DNA of 64,000 nucleotides from an uncultured Chroococcidiopsis sp. (GTDB lineage: Bacteria; Cyanobacteriota; Cyanobacteriia; Cyanobacteriales; Chroococcidiopsidaceae): positions 96,001 through 160,000 of the forward strand of contig CAXTYC010000003.1 of assembly GCA_964248365.1 (NCBI GenBank), read 5' to 3'. A program made the translations under genes and the position numbers. This document shows, piece after piece, positions 52,776 to 62,819 of the stretch. Every line of letters begins with the position of its first letter. Position 1 is the first letter of the stretch. The notes under the pieces were generated by a model that saw only the letters and a program-made list of their open reading frames with translations, did no database searches and was not told the DNA's origin.

Positions 52776-53438
52776 AATTTTTGTAATGCCAACGGCAGTA
52801 TAGGAATCTTATCTGCTTAGAATAGAGAGTTAAATTTAGCGATCGCATCTTCCCCAGGTGGTAGTTTGTCGATTAAAAATTTTGATATAACGGTTGAAAC
52901 AGGGGGGAAAATTTCTAATAAAATTTAACTATTCAACCCAAAATATTATGTTGTTTATGATAGTTAGCCAACCCATATTTTTGCTCAATTAAAACAAATA
53001 AATCTAAATTATTATCGATTTGAGTAAGTTGATTGTGTGCTGCTCGATTAATTGAATCTGGATCAGGAGCCAGTAGGGGCGAATAGGTCGCCTGTACCTA
53101 GAGTGTGCTTGAGTGAGGCTTTAAAGGATAACTTGGGCTTGGGGAACAATATAATTACTCATTGACAATTTCTTATTCACAATTATCACTACACGGTTTG
53201 GGCATAGCAGGGTGATCGCCCCGAATACCAACTAATATCAAAATTAATAAATGCTCAAATTACACAGGGGCGATCGCACAATGGAAAAAGCGGCTGTTTA
53301 GAGCGACAAGGGCAGAAAAAAATTATGCATCAAGCAGCAAGACAGGGCTAGAAAAACAGGAATAATGAAGAAAAGGTTTAGATTACTGCTCTCGTCTGCC
53401 TTTTATAAGATTCAATATGGCTAATCGGTGCGCCAACT

Positions 53439-55820
53439 ATGCAAAATGACGAGGTAATGCTCCAATGTCCGAATGACCTGTGTATGGCAGCCAACCCCGA
53501 AAGTGACAAATATTGTGAGCGCTGTGGCACGTCCTTGATCCGGCGTTATTTGTGGGCTGTGTGTGAGGGAATTGAAACTTGCCCAATCGGAGAACTGGTA
53601 GCCGAGCGCTATTTACATACAAGTCATCGGATTTTTTTGGATACAAAACCAGGCTTACTACCCCAAATCCCTGACGAAGATAGTTTAAATGAGATTAAGC
53701 CGTATTTGCGATTGGTAACATATCGTCTACAAGTACCTCAAGCGTATGGATTGGTAACACTCGGCGACCCATTTGCTACAGAAATTTTGCTATTAGAGCA
53801 AGCGCCAATCTACACAGATACTGTGCCACAAATGGGGCAACTGATGCCCCATTTGCTCAGCGTTTGGAAACAAGCCTCTTCGCTGCGGCAGCTAAATTGG
53901 CTATTGCAGATAGCCAATCTGTGGCAACCACTGAGTTCTGAGGGCGTTGCATCTAGCTTGCTTAAACCACAATTATTGCGAGTAGATGGGTCATTATTGC
54001 GCCTGTTGGAGTTGCACTCGGATGAAGACAATGAACCGAATCTAAGCCAGTTAGGTCAATTGTGGTTGCACTTAGCAAGCGAAGCACAACCAAGTATTGC
54101 CTCTTTTATAGAACAGCTAGGAATTGCTTTGCAGCAAGGGGAAGTGCAAAGCGCAGAGCAATTAGTCGCGTTCTTAGATCGAGGGCTAGCTGAAGTTGGG
54201 TTATTTGCCTCCCGTAAGATCATTTACAGCACCTGCACTGATACCGGACCTAGCCGCCAGCGCAATGAAGATGCCTGTTATCCAGCAAGTGGTAGCACAA
54301 TCACTGTTCCGCCTCATCCAAAAGCGATCGCAATCGTTTGTGATGGCATTGGCGGTCATGAAGGAGGAAATGTTGCTTCTAATTTAGCGATCGCAACCCT
54401 CCAGCAGCAGATCGAGCAGCTGCCGCTAGACGATAGGAATTTAGACTCGATAAACCTCAGCATCGCCTTAGAACGCTTTGCTATTCTAGCTAACGATCAA
54501 ATTAGCGATCGCAACGACAAAGAAAATCGGCAGGGTCGTCAACGGATGGGGACGACCTTGGTCATGGCTGTCGCACATCGGCACGAAATGTATATTACTC
54601 ATGTGGGTGACAGTCGTGCTTATCTGATTACGCGCACAGGCTGTTATCAAATTACTCTAGATGATGATGTAGCTGCCCGCGAAGTTAGACTAGGGTATGC
54701 TGTTTACCGTGATGCCCTACAACAGCCGTCGGCTGGCTCTCTAGTGCAGGCGCTTGGGATGAGTGCATCTGTACATCCCACAATCGGACGGTTTGTGATT
54801 GACGAAGATTGTGTTTTTCTACTTTGTTCCGATGGGTTGAGCGATTTTGATCTGGTAGATTCTTGCTGGGAAACAGAAATATTACCTATCCTAGAAGGCA
54901 AACTTGATGTAGCTACTGCCACTAGGCAACTAGTAGAAATTGGCAACACTCGCAATGGACATGATAATATCACAGTCGCTTTAGTACATTGTATTGTCAA
55001 CACGGGTGAACCAGAAACGCCCTTGAGCTATTCGCATACTATGGGGACGGCTAGTTTTCAACAGGCAACTGTTTTACAGTCAAAGCCCCAGCCAATTTCA
55101 GATCCTGCGCTACAAGATACTCAGTTACTGCCACAAGAGCATAAAAGCAACCGTTATGTCAAGATGCTAGGCATCGGTTTGCTAGGTTTATTCATAAGTT
55201 TAGGTGGAGGGCTGCTGCTAGCGTATTTAGCTAAACAAGGGAAAATTCCAAATGGGGTTTGGTTCAATTTTGGTTCAATTGATGAAGGGCGATCGCCTGC
55301 ATCGCCCTCGCCAGCGACAGACACACCCGTACACACCCAGCCGATGTTTGTTGCTAAAAACAGAATTGTCTTAAATCGAACTGCTTCTGAGGCTCGTGCG
55401 ATGCCGAAGGCAAGGACATCCTACGCACCTGCTTCTTCCCAGCCCTTTAGTCCAATTAAAGGCATCCTACCAGCTGGCAGTGTGGTAGAAGTGCTGGGTA
55501 AAAAGCAATTTCAAGAGCAAGGTAAATGGCTGAATTTAAAAGTTGTGGATGTTTGCCCAAGTTCAGATTCTGGGCTAACAAATACAATGCCCTCGCCAGC
55601 ACTCGATGATTCTGCCCCAAAAACTCAAACAAGACAGCCTTCAAAGAGTGCTAATTCATTTGGTGCGACGGGTGCGCGTTTGCTGCAACAGGGAGAGTCA
55701 GCATGGATTGCTGCTGCTAATATTGAACAGGACTTGCTACCTATTACTGCTCTGTCAGCAGATCAAATGGAGCGCTGTTCTGATTTGACTCCCAAGACAG
55801 GTTCCAAATCCCCCAAGTAA
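53439..55820 (+). CDS. PP2C-family phosphatase with N-terminal Zn ribbon and C-terminal TM/extracytoplasmic region
   Basis: CPNDLC..CERC; TGPSRQRNED, CDGIGGH, HVGDSR, CSDG, GHDNIT; TM LGIGLLGLFISLGGGLLLAYL. Confidence 0.9.
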   Translation: MQNDEVMLQCPNDLCMAANPESDKYCERCGTSLIRRYLWAVCEGIETCPIGELVAERYLHTSHRIFLDTKPGLLPQIPDEDSLNEIKPYLRLVTYRLQVPQAYGLVTLGDPFATEILLLEQAPIYTDTVPQMGQLMPHLLSVWKQASSLRQLNWLLQIANLWQPLSSEGVASSLLKPQLLRVDGSLLRLLELHSDEDNEPNLSQLGQLWLHLASEAQPSIASFIEQLGIALQQGEVQSAEQLVAFLDRGLAEVGLFASRKIIYSTCTDTGPSRQRNEDACYPASGSTITVPPHPKAIAIVCDGIGGHEGGNVASNLAIATLQQQIEQLPLDDRNLDSINLSIALERFAILANDQISDRNDKENRQGRQRMGTTLVMAVAHRHEMYITHVGDSRAYLITRTGCYQITLDDDVAAREVRLGYAVYRDALQQPSAGSLVQALGMSASVHPTIGRFVIDEDCVFLLCSDGLSDFDLVDSCWETEILPILEGKLDVATATRQLVEIGNTRNGHDNITVALVHCIVNTGEPETPLSYSHTMGTASFQQATVLQSKPQPISDPALQDTQLLPQEHKSNRYVKMLGIGLLGLFISLGGGLLLAYLAKQGKIPNGVWFNFGSIDEGRSPASPSPATDTPVHTQPMFVAKNRIVLNRTASEARAMPKARTSYAPASSQPFSPIKGILPAGSVVEVLGKKQFQEQGKWLNLKVVDVCPSSDSGLTNTMPSPALDDSAPKTQTRQPSKSANSFGATGARLLQQGESAWIAAANIEQDLLPITALSADQMERCSDLTPKTGSKSPK
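55398..55426 (+). repeat. HIP1 site split by 21-nt in-frame insert inside PP2C gene
   Basis: GCGAT-GCCGAAGGCAAGGACATCCTA-CGC. Confidence 0.8.
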
Positions 55821-56048
55821 ATAACATGGTAAAGAGGTATTGCGGTAAAGAGGTATTGCGGTAAAGGATAAAGGTTGAAATTTCATACTTCTACCTTCAC
55901 ACTTCACACTTCACACTTCATAGTTGTTCTCTCCCTCTCCCACTTTCCCCTGCTTTCTTCTAACTCCTAGTGCCTAAGACTAGATAAACTATTAAATTGA
56001 AACAGTTGCTCCTCGCAAAGCAAGTTTTTTTGATGTACATGATTGTTA

Positions 56049-57623
56049 ATGTCGCTGTCTGATATTCCTAGTTTGAATTTGGCGATCGCTCGTCTGCGCC
56101 ATACTGAGAGCGAAAATTTTGCTATCTGGGTGGTGAGAGCGCCCTATCCTGCTGGCTATGCTCACCATGACTGTGTGTTACCTGCAACGCTGATCCAATC
56201 TTGGCAAGATTGGCAATCAATGTTTGCGCCCCATACAACTGACTCACCTTTGAAGCGATTGCCACCCACTCCAGAACAGATGGCAACTCCTGGTGATAAA
56301 GTCAAGGGTGGTCGCTTGATGCAACATTTGGGGATTAGTTTGTGGCAATGGTTGTTTCAAGGAGCAATTTTAAATAGCTGGGAAAGAAGTCAAGGCATTG
56401 CGATCGGACAGGATAAACTGCTGCGGTTGCGACTAGATATTCGAGAGCCAAATTTAATTGCCTTGCCTTGGGAAATTATGCAGCCCCAAGCAGGTAAATC
56501 AGCCATCTCTTTAGCACAGCAAGTGCTATTTAGTCGTACTACCAGTGACGTTGAACCGCTTCCACCTCTATCTAAAAACCAGGGTTTAAATATTTTGCTG
56601 GTTTTAGGAGAAAATTCTACGTTGTCTGAACGCCTCCAGCTAGAAAAAGAAGCCCAGATACTCGAACAAACAATTAAAAGTTTTCAGCAGCTCAATTGGA
56701 TCAATGGAAAAAATCTAGCATCAGTTGGGTGTCAGGTAGACAGACTGCTGCAACCAACCCCAAAGCAGCTAATTTCACAGCTAGAAACTGGAGCGTACAA
56801 CATCTTTTTTTATGCAGGTCACGGTAGCCGCGCTGCTGACGGTGGTTTACTGTTCTTGCGACGAGAAATGACTATTAATGGTACAGAATTGGCACAGGTG
56901 TTAACACGCTCTCAGGTGGCACTGTGCGTACTCAATGCCTGTTGGGGGGCGCTACCAGCGTTTGAGCAGCAGCAGGCACTGCCGCGTAGTAGTTTGGCAG
57001 AGGTTTTGATTCATCATGGTGTACCAGCGGTTTTAGGGATGCGGGATGAAATTGCTGATGAAGAAGCTCTTAGCTTCATTCAAGCTTTTACTCAGGCTTT
57101 AGCGGGAGGAGTAGCAATTGATCAAGCAGTAGCGATCGCTCGACAACGACTACTAACAATCTACAAGTTTAACCACCCAGCCTGGACGTTGCCTGTACTC
57201 TATATGCATCCTGAGTTTGATGGAGAACTGCTAAGCGCCGAGCCGGACATTACACGATTACCAGATACAATTTCAGGCGTTGCACAACCACCTGTGACGG
57301 CAAAGTTGCGTTCTGTCTCAACTCCTGAGAAAGTCTGGCAGTGGCGAGATAGATTAGTGCGTGTGGGTCGCCATCCAGAAAATGATATTGTGATGGACGA
57401 ACTTTGGGTTAGTCTAAGACACGCTGAAATTTTCTGTCGTCAAGCTGCATTAGGTAGCACAACCTTTTTCCTCCGCGACAAGTCTCGCTTCGGTACTCTG
57501 CTTTCAAATTCCGATCAATGGCAAAATGTACACCAACAGGAGGTGCAACTACAATCAGGAATGCAGTTAAAATTTGGCAACCCTAAAGGCGAACCCTTCG
57601 AGTTCATCGTTGAAGGTGGATGA
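56049..57623 (+). CDS. CHAT (caspase/HetF-like) protease domain + C-terminal FHA
   Basis: LPWE, FFYAGHG and VLNACWG His/Cys dyad, VLGM, W.LPVLY; FHA VGRHPEND, VSLRH, SRFGT. Confidence 0.88.
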   Translation: MSLSDIPSLNLAIARLRHTESENFAIWVVRAPYPAGYAHHDCVLPATLIQSWQDWQSMFAPHTTDSPLKRLPPTPEQMATPGDKVKGGRLMQHLGISLWQWLFQGAILNSWERSQGIAIGQDKLLRLRLDIREPNLIALPWEIMQPQAGKSAISLAQQVLFSRTTSDVEPLPPLSKNQGLNILLVLGENSTLSERLQLEKEAQILEQTIKSFQQLNWINGKNLASVGCQVDRLLQPTPKQLISQLETGAYNIFFYAGHGSRAADGGLLFLRREMTINGTELAQVLTRSQVALCVLNACWGALPAFEQQQALPRSSLAEVLIHHGVPAVLGMRDEIADEEALSFIQAFTQALAGGVAIDQAVAIARQRLLTIYKFNHPAWTLPVLYMHPEFDGELLSAEPDITRLPDTISGVAQPPVTAKLRSVSTPEKVWQWRDRLVRVGRHPENDIVMDELWVSLRHAEIFCRQAALGSTTFFLRDKSRFGTLLSNSDQWQNVHQQEVQLQSGMQLKFGNPKGEPFEFIVEGG

Positions 57624-57721
57624 TTTTTTGCTTTTCTGTGTTCTACTTTCACAATTTAATTACGGAAATAGCTGTTTACGTAGTGTATCTACTCATACAG
57701 CGTTTTTCTTAAACTAGCATT

Positions 57722-58366
57722 ATGAGTTGCACAATGGCAAACGAATTCAATCAGACAGAAGCTAATGATGATAGTAGATCGCAAACCGAATTAGAACTTT
57801 TAGAGGCGCTGCTAGCTCCTGACGATCCTACCTACCCTTGGAACCCAGCTGATCGAGAAGCAGAAGCATATTTTGTGGAGCAGGAAGAGCAGTTTTTCCA
57901 GGGGGATTGGTCAGAATCAGAAATTACCGCCCGTTCTGACGCTTTTTTCTCTCAAATAGAGCTTCTTTGGAGTGAGACAGTAGCTCAATCCGAGGAAATA
58001 TCTGTAACAGATGTAACAAATATAGATCATCTTCAAGCCGACTTACAACAGCAATTTGCGGCTTACATTCCTCAAGGCTGGCTCGGCGCGATCGCTCACA
58101 AAGCATATCATGTTTTAACTGTGCAAAAATCAATGTCAGACAAGTTAGTGCAATGTGTGCAGGAGCTACTACCTAACTGGGCAGAAGATGACTTGCTAGT
58201 ACTAGCTCGACCTTTTGCTTACAGTATGCGAAATGCAGACACAACAGCAGTTGAATCTGTATTGGGTAATGCCGCAAGCGGGGAATGGGCAGCTTTATCT
58301 GAAATTGAACAAGCAAGGACTAGTTTAGCGATCGCCCGTTACGCCCTAGCTCAACTGCAAAAATAG
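57722..58366 (+). CDS. conserved acidic hypothetical protein
   Basis: YPWNPAD, WAEDDLLVLARPFAYSMR, W..LSEIEQARTSLAIARYAL. Confidence 0.75.
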   Translation: MSCTMANEFNQTEANDDSRSQTELELLEALLAPDDPTYPWNPADREAEAYFVEQEEQFFQGDWSESEITARSDAFFSQIELLWSETVAQSEEISVTDVTNIDHLQADLQQQFAAYIPQGWLGAIAHKAYHVLTVQKSMSDKLVQCVQELLPNWAEDDLLVLARPFAYSMRNADTTAVESVLGNAASGEWAALSEIEQARTSLAIARYALAQLQK

Positions 58367-58531
58367 GGATTAGGGGCGCTGGGGCTAGATTCAGTAACTA
58401 TATCTCAAATTCAAAATTCCTGGTTCAAAATTTCTTTGCGTCGAGGCGCGACATTAATCCAAATTGCCAAATCCGCCCATTAGATCACTCTCGCTGTTTA
58501 TGAGTGTGTTCTAGAACTGGATTTGCGATCG

Positions 58532-59845
58532 CTAGTGCGATCGCATAGGTGAAAGCATTCTTGCCTTGAGAATAGCTGCTGTCAAGAAAGCGTAGGACAA
58601 AACCCCAACTATCGCCAACAGCAAGCTACTAAATAGCCCTGTTGAATTCCATAAGGCGTGTAGTGCGGCGGCGCTAAAATATCCCACTGCTAAAATCCGC
58701 CAACGCTGACGAGGTTTGAGTACACTTAAACCAATAAAATAGCCAAAATACCCACTATCAGCCATATGTCCGGCAACTGATCCTAAAACTCTCGGAATCA
58801 GTAGCTGCAAACCAATAACTTGACTTATATTTTGCCCATCGGCAATAGCGTTCTGAGTAATCGCAGGTACATACTGTCCCAAAGTTTCTAACAAAGTAAA
58901 ACCCGCCGCCGAAGCTGTTCCCAAGAGAATACCATCTAGCGGTTCCCACACCCCAATACGTTCCCGCCAAGGAGAGTGTAGTCGTCGTCCCAAGAAATAC
59001 GCTCCCAGTACAGGTATTGCTTTGAGCAATTCCTCCATTAACCCAGCACCAATAAACATCCGCAACAGCAACTGGGGGAAGCTGACTGACATTGCTGCAT
59101 TGGGCAAGCTACCAGGCAGGATGTGGCGAAAGATAAAAATAAATACACGCAGGATCGGACTAAGCAACATCAAAACAGTCAACCCAGCACAACCGATTAG
59201 TACCCACCAAGGTTTATATTTGCCACATAGTTGATAAATAAAGTAGTATGCTGCTCCTGCTAGGTAAGTTGCTACTAGCAATGAGTTGACAACAGCAGAT
59301 TTACCTACTGTGGCAAACATCAGTACGACAAATATAACTGTGACAACGCCAGGGATAAGGTAAGCTTTGCGGACTAAATCTCGTCCGGTTGAGAGAATTG
59401 GAAATAGCTGAGAAAAACTAACCGCATGGTTCGCTTGAGGCGGTGTAGGATGAGATGGCAAGGAATTGATTTTAGATGATCGTTGAAAGGGTTGTTCGTT
59501 ATAGTGGCACTCGAAAATGAAAGAAGCGCCATTATCACCTAAAGTAATGCGATCGCCACAATGCATTTCTTGGCAACCTCGCAAGCGTTGCCCATTCAAA
59601 AAGGTGCCATTACTGCTATTAAGGTCACAAATTATCCAATTACTTAAACCTGCTTCCCTAGTCAGGCGAATCAAAGCATGACGGCGGGAAATGCCTAGTA
59701 GACTCGAATCTAAGACAATATCACATTCAGGGTTTCGCCCGATCACAACCGCTTGCGTGGTCAAAAGCGAATAGCGGCGTGAATGCTGCTTATTACCATA
59801 ACTAGGCAACATTTGCAACCACGCAGAAAGATTTTTTCCGGTCAT
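58532..59845 (-). CDS. FHA domain + PrsW-family intramembrane glutamic protease
   Basis: FHA IGRNPECD, ISRRH, SSNGT; PrsW EELLK, GFTLLE, GHM, LHALWN. Confidence 0.9.
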   Translation of the reverse strand: MTGKNLSAWLQMLPSYGNKQHSRRYSLLTTQAVVIGRNPECDIVLDSSLLGISRRHALIRLTREAGLSNWIICDLNSSNGTFLNGQRLRGCQEMHCGDRITLGDNGASFIFECHYNEQPFQRSSKINSLPSHPTPPQANHAVSFSQLFPILSTGRDLVRKAYLIPGVVTVIFVVLMFATVGKSAVVNSLLVATYLAGAAYYFIYQLCGKYKPWWVLIGCAGLTVLMLLSPILRVFIFIFRHILPGSLPNAAMSVSFPQLLLRMFIGAGLMEELLKAIPVLGAYFLGRRLHSPWRERIGVWEPLDGILLGTASAAGFTLLETLGQYVPAITQNAIADGQNISQVIGLQLLIPRVLGSVAGHMADSGYFGYFIGLSVLKPRQRWRILAVGYFSAAALHALWNSTGLFSSLLLAIVGVLSYAFLTAAILKARMLSPMRSH

Positions 59846-59998
59846 AAATCGGAAGTCAGGAGGAGAGGAGTTGTAGAGTCAGAAGTCAGGAGACAGAAGA
59901 CAGAATAGTTTTCATCTTGTCCATCTCCCCCTCTCCCACTCTCCCCATCTCCCCTGATTCCCCTTTGCTCTCTTATCCTGTCGTGGGTCTTTTGATTG

Positions 59999-60199
59999 TT
60001 AGCGATTATTAGCATTAGCATCGCGCACGGCTGCAAAGAAAAAGAAGACCGTTAGGGGGATGCTAATTGCCAAAATAATAGATGTGGTTATATTACCTAG
60101 ATCTGGGTTGCCAGAAGCAAGTTCAAAAATTGAACCAACTGCGGCGATCGCGGACACACAGGAACCACCCAAAAACAAACCGCTCATTGGTGTCATCAT
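59999..60199 (-). CDS. small two-TM membrane protein
   Basis: SAIAAVGSIFELASG.P.LG...ILAISIP; directly downstream of def. Confidence 0.7.
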   Translation of the reverse strand: MMTPMSGLFLGGSCVSAIAAVGSIFELASGNPDLGNITTSIILAISIPLTVFFFFAAVRDANANNR

Positions 60200-60213
60200 C
60201 TTGGTGGTTCTCC

Positions 60214-60777
60214 TTATGCTACAGGTTTGACAGCAGTTGCCGAAAAGCCGTGCTTAGCCAGTTCTTGAGCCAAAGCCAGTTTATTCTCTACTCGATCTAC
60301 AAATAGTACACCATTTAAATGATCGATTTCGTGCTGAATGCAACGAGCGAGTAAACTCGTAGCTTGTAAAGTCTGGGGACGACCAGACTCGTCTTTAAAA
60401 GTCACTTCTACCTTAGATGGGCGTATTACGTCTAGGTAAACCCCTGGAATACTTAAACAACCTTCTTGAGCCACACACAGATCTTTGCTGAAACTTTTAA
60501 TGGTAGGGTTAACCAAGACTAAAGGTGGATTAGCTGCATTGTCTGGTTCGCAGTCAATTACAATCAATTGTTTTTGTACTGCTACCTGGGGCGCGGCTAA
60601 ACCGATCCCATCGGCGCTGTACATACTTTGTAGCATTTCCCGTGCTAGCTGTCTGAGTTCTTGATCTACCTTGGCGACGCGCTTAGCAGGTTGACGGAGG
60701 ACGCGATCGCCCAAGAAATGAATATCCAACGGGGGATTTTTTAACTTTTTCTTTTCAACTAAAACCTGGGAATTCAT
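60214..60777 (-). CDS. def: peptide deformylase
   Basis: GIGLAAPQV, EGCLSIP, QHEIDHLNG; ATG at 60777. Confidence 0.96.
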   Translation of the reverse strand: MNSQVLVEKKKLKNPPLDIHFLGDRVLRQPAKRVAKVDQELRQLAREMLQSMYSADGIGLAAPQVAVQKQLIVIDCEPDNAANPPLVLVNPTIKSFSKDLCVAQEGCLSIPGVYLDVIRPSKVEVTFKDESGRPQTLQATSLLARCIQHEIDHLNGVLFVDRVENKLALAQELAKHGFSATAVKPVA

Positions 60778-61001
60778 GCAGTTCTTACTCGCTTTGTCAG
60801 GGTATGTAACAAAATTGTTTTCTCTTGCTTTAATTTTATCAACCCTAGCTGCGAGAGCGGCATCAGATTCAAGCATCAGCCCAAACAGGAAATACTAGCA
60901 AATTATATTTATTATCTCTATCTTAGGTTAGATTTAAGTGAAGAAGTTCTAGATTTGATTACTAAAGCTTGTTTAGTCTATACAAGGAAGGAAAACAAAA
61001 A

Positions 61002-62444
61002 ATGTCTCAAAACCGTCTATCGACGGGTATTCCTGGTTTAGACGAAGTTCTAGATGGAGGTCTGATCCCAGGCAAAGCGTATTTGGTGCGCGGTGGACCT
61101 GGTACAGGTAAGACTACTCTAGGATTGCACTTTCTAGCCACTGGCGTAACCAATCGTGAAAAAACTCTATTTATCACTTTAGGAGAACCTGTAGAGCAGA
61201 TTCGCAAGAATGCTGCAAACCTTGGTTTTGAACCAGATAGTATTGCCTTTCTTGATCTTAGTCCTACGTCGGAATTTTTCACGCAAGTCCAGACATACGA
61301 CATTTTTACCCCAGCTGAGGTAGAACGAGAACCAACGACGCAGAAAATTATAGAGCAGGTAGAGACACTCAAACCACAGCGGATCTTTCTGGACGCTATG
61401 ACGCAGTTGCGTTATCTCTCCACTGATGCGTTTGGGTTTCGCAAGCAAGTGTTGTCTTTTTTGCGCTTTTTGGTCGAACAAGGCGCTACAGTCCTTTTTA
61501 CTGCCGAAGCTAGCGCCGAAGCGCCGGACGACGATTTGCAATTCATGAGTGATGGGGTGATTCACCTCACCTTTTCTACTTTGGAAAGAACCATTAGCGT
61601 CAGCAAGTTTCGCGGCTCCGACTTTCGCGCGGGTGAACACGCGATGCGAACAACTGGGACAGGAATAGAGATTTTCCCCCGTTTGATCCCAGAAGCATAT
61701 GGTCAAGAGTTTGCAAAAGAGGTAATTTCCTCTGGCGTACCTGAGCTAGACGAACTGTTGCACGGGGGTTTCGAGCGCGGAACTATCACCATTATCAGTG
61801 GTCCTTCTGGAGTCGGTAAAAGCACTCTGGGACTCCAATTCATGAAAGAAGCAGCGGGTAGAGGTGAGCGTTCAGTAGTCTATACTTTTGAGGAGTGGAA
61901 GGAAACTCTACTAAATCGTTGCCAAGCTGTCAACATTCCTGTCCACGCTATGATAAAACAGGGTACACTTTCGGTCGTGCAAATCGAACCCCTGCACTAC
62001 ACGCCCAGTGAGTTTGCTAACTTAGTGCGGGATGAAGTGGAGCAAAAAAAGACACGCATTATCATGCTTGACAGCATATCCGGCTACCGCCTCTCGCTCA
62101 GAGGTGATGATCTAGTCACCCATATTCATGCTCTATGTAAATATTTGCAAAATATGGGTGTGGCGGTGATATTGATCAACGAAGTGGAAGCTATAACAGG
62201 CGATTTCCGCGCCACCGAAGTTGGTATTAGTTACTTAGGGGATAATATTATTTTCCTGCGCTACCTGGAAATGCAAGGCGAGATCCGTAAGGTAATTGGA
62301 GTATTGAAAAAACGGATGAGTGACTTTGAAAAAACTCTGCGCGAGTACGAAATTACCCACTACGGCATCAAGGTAGGCAAGCCACTTGCTAATGTGCGCG
62401 GTATCCTCACAGGTAATCCAGAATTCTTTGAGTCTCCAAAGTAA
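61002..62444 (+). CDS. KaiC-like double RecA-domain ATPase
   Basis: STGIPGLD..GGPGTGKT and SSGVPELD..GPSGVGKS; KFRGS and KKRMS motifs. Confidence 0.9.
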   Translation: MSQNRLSTGIPGLDEVLDGGLIPGKAYLVRGGPGTGKTTLGLHFLATGVTNREKTLFITLGEPVEQIRKNAANLGFEPDSIAFLDLSPTSEFFTQVQTYDIFTPAEVEREPTTQKIIEQVETLKPQRIFLDAMTQLRYLSTDAFGFRKQVLSFLRFLVEQGATVLFTAEASAEAPDDDLQFMSDGVIHLTFSTLERTISVSKFRGSDFRAGEHAMRTTGTGIEIFPRLIPEAYGQEFAKEVISSGVPELDELLHGGFERGTITIISGPSGVGKSTLGLQFMKEAAGRGERSVVYTFEEWKETLLNRCQAVNIPVHAMIKQGTLSVVQIEPLHYTPSEFANLVRDEVEQKKTRIIMLDSISGYRLSLRGDDLVTHIHALCKYLQNMGVAVILINEVEAITGDFRATEVGISYLGDNIIFLRYLEMQGEIRKVIGVLKKRMSDFEKTLREYEITHYGIKVGKPLANVRGILTGNPEFFESPK

Positions 62445-62450
62445 GAATGC

Positions 62451-62819
62451 GTGAACGATAACCCTTTGATCCTAGCCCTCGATCACAACCAGCGAAACCT
62501 GGAACTACTGACCCAATTCTTGGGTAGGGAAGGATATCAAGTACTCGCAGTTAGTAGCATTGAGGAAATCGAGCAAGCTTTGATGCACTCACAAGAAATA
62601 GATTTGGCTTTGGTGGATATTGCAGGTTTTGATCGTCGGATTTGGGAGGTTTGCGATCGCCTACGTTTCCAAGATATTCCCTTTTTTGTCCTATCCCATA
62701 AACAAAATGTTGCCATTCAACAACAAAGCCTAGTTCACGGTGCTAGAAGTATGCTGGTTAAGCCACTAGTGATTAAAGAGTTGCTGGGGATTATTCGCAG
62801 CTTGCTAGGATCAACATGA
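62451..62819 (+). CDS. single-domain response regulator (REC)
   Basis: ILALDHN, DLALVDI, LVKPL. Confidence 0.82.
   Translation: MNDNPLILALDHNQRNLELLTQFLGREGYQVLAVSSIEEIEQALMHSQEIDLALVDIAGFDRRIWEVCDRLRFQDIPFFVLSHKQNVAIQQQSLVHGARSMLVKPLVIKELLGIIRSLLGST

Noticed and set aside
55828..55920. 16-bp tandem duplication and CACACTT heptamers
   Set aside because: Ordinary STRR-type intergenic repeats with no further structure.
61002..62444. Calling the ATPase the circadian kaiC
   Set aside because: No kaiA/kaiB neighbours and the canonical ST phosphosite context is absent.
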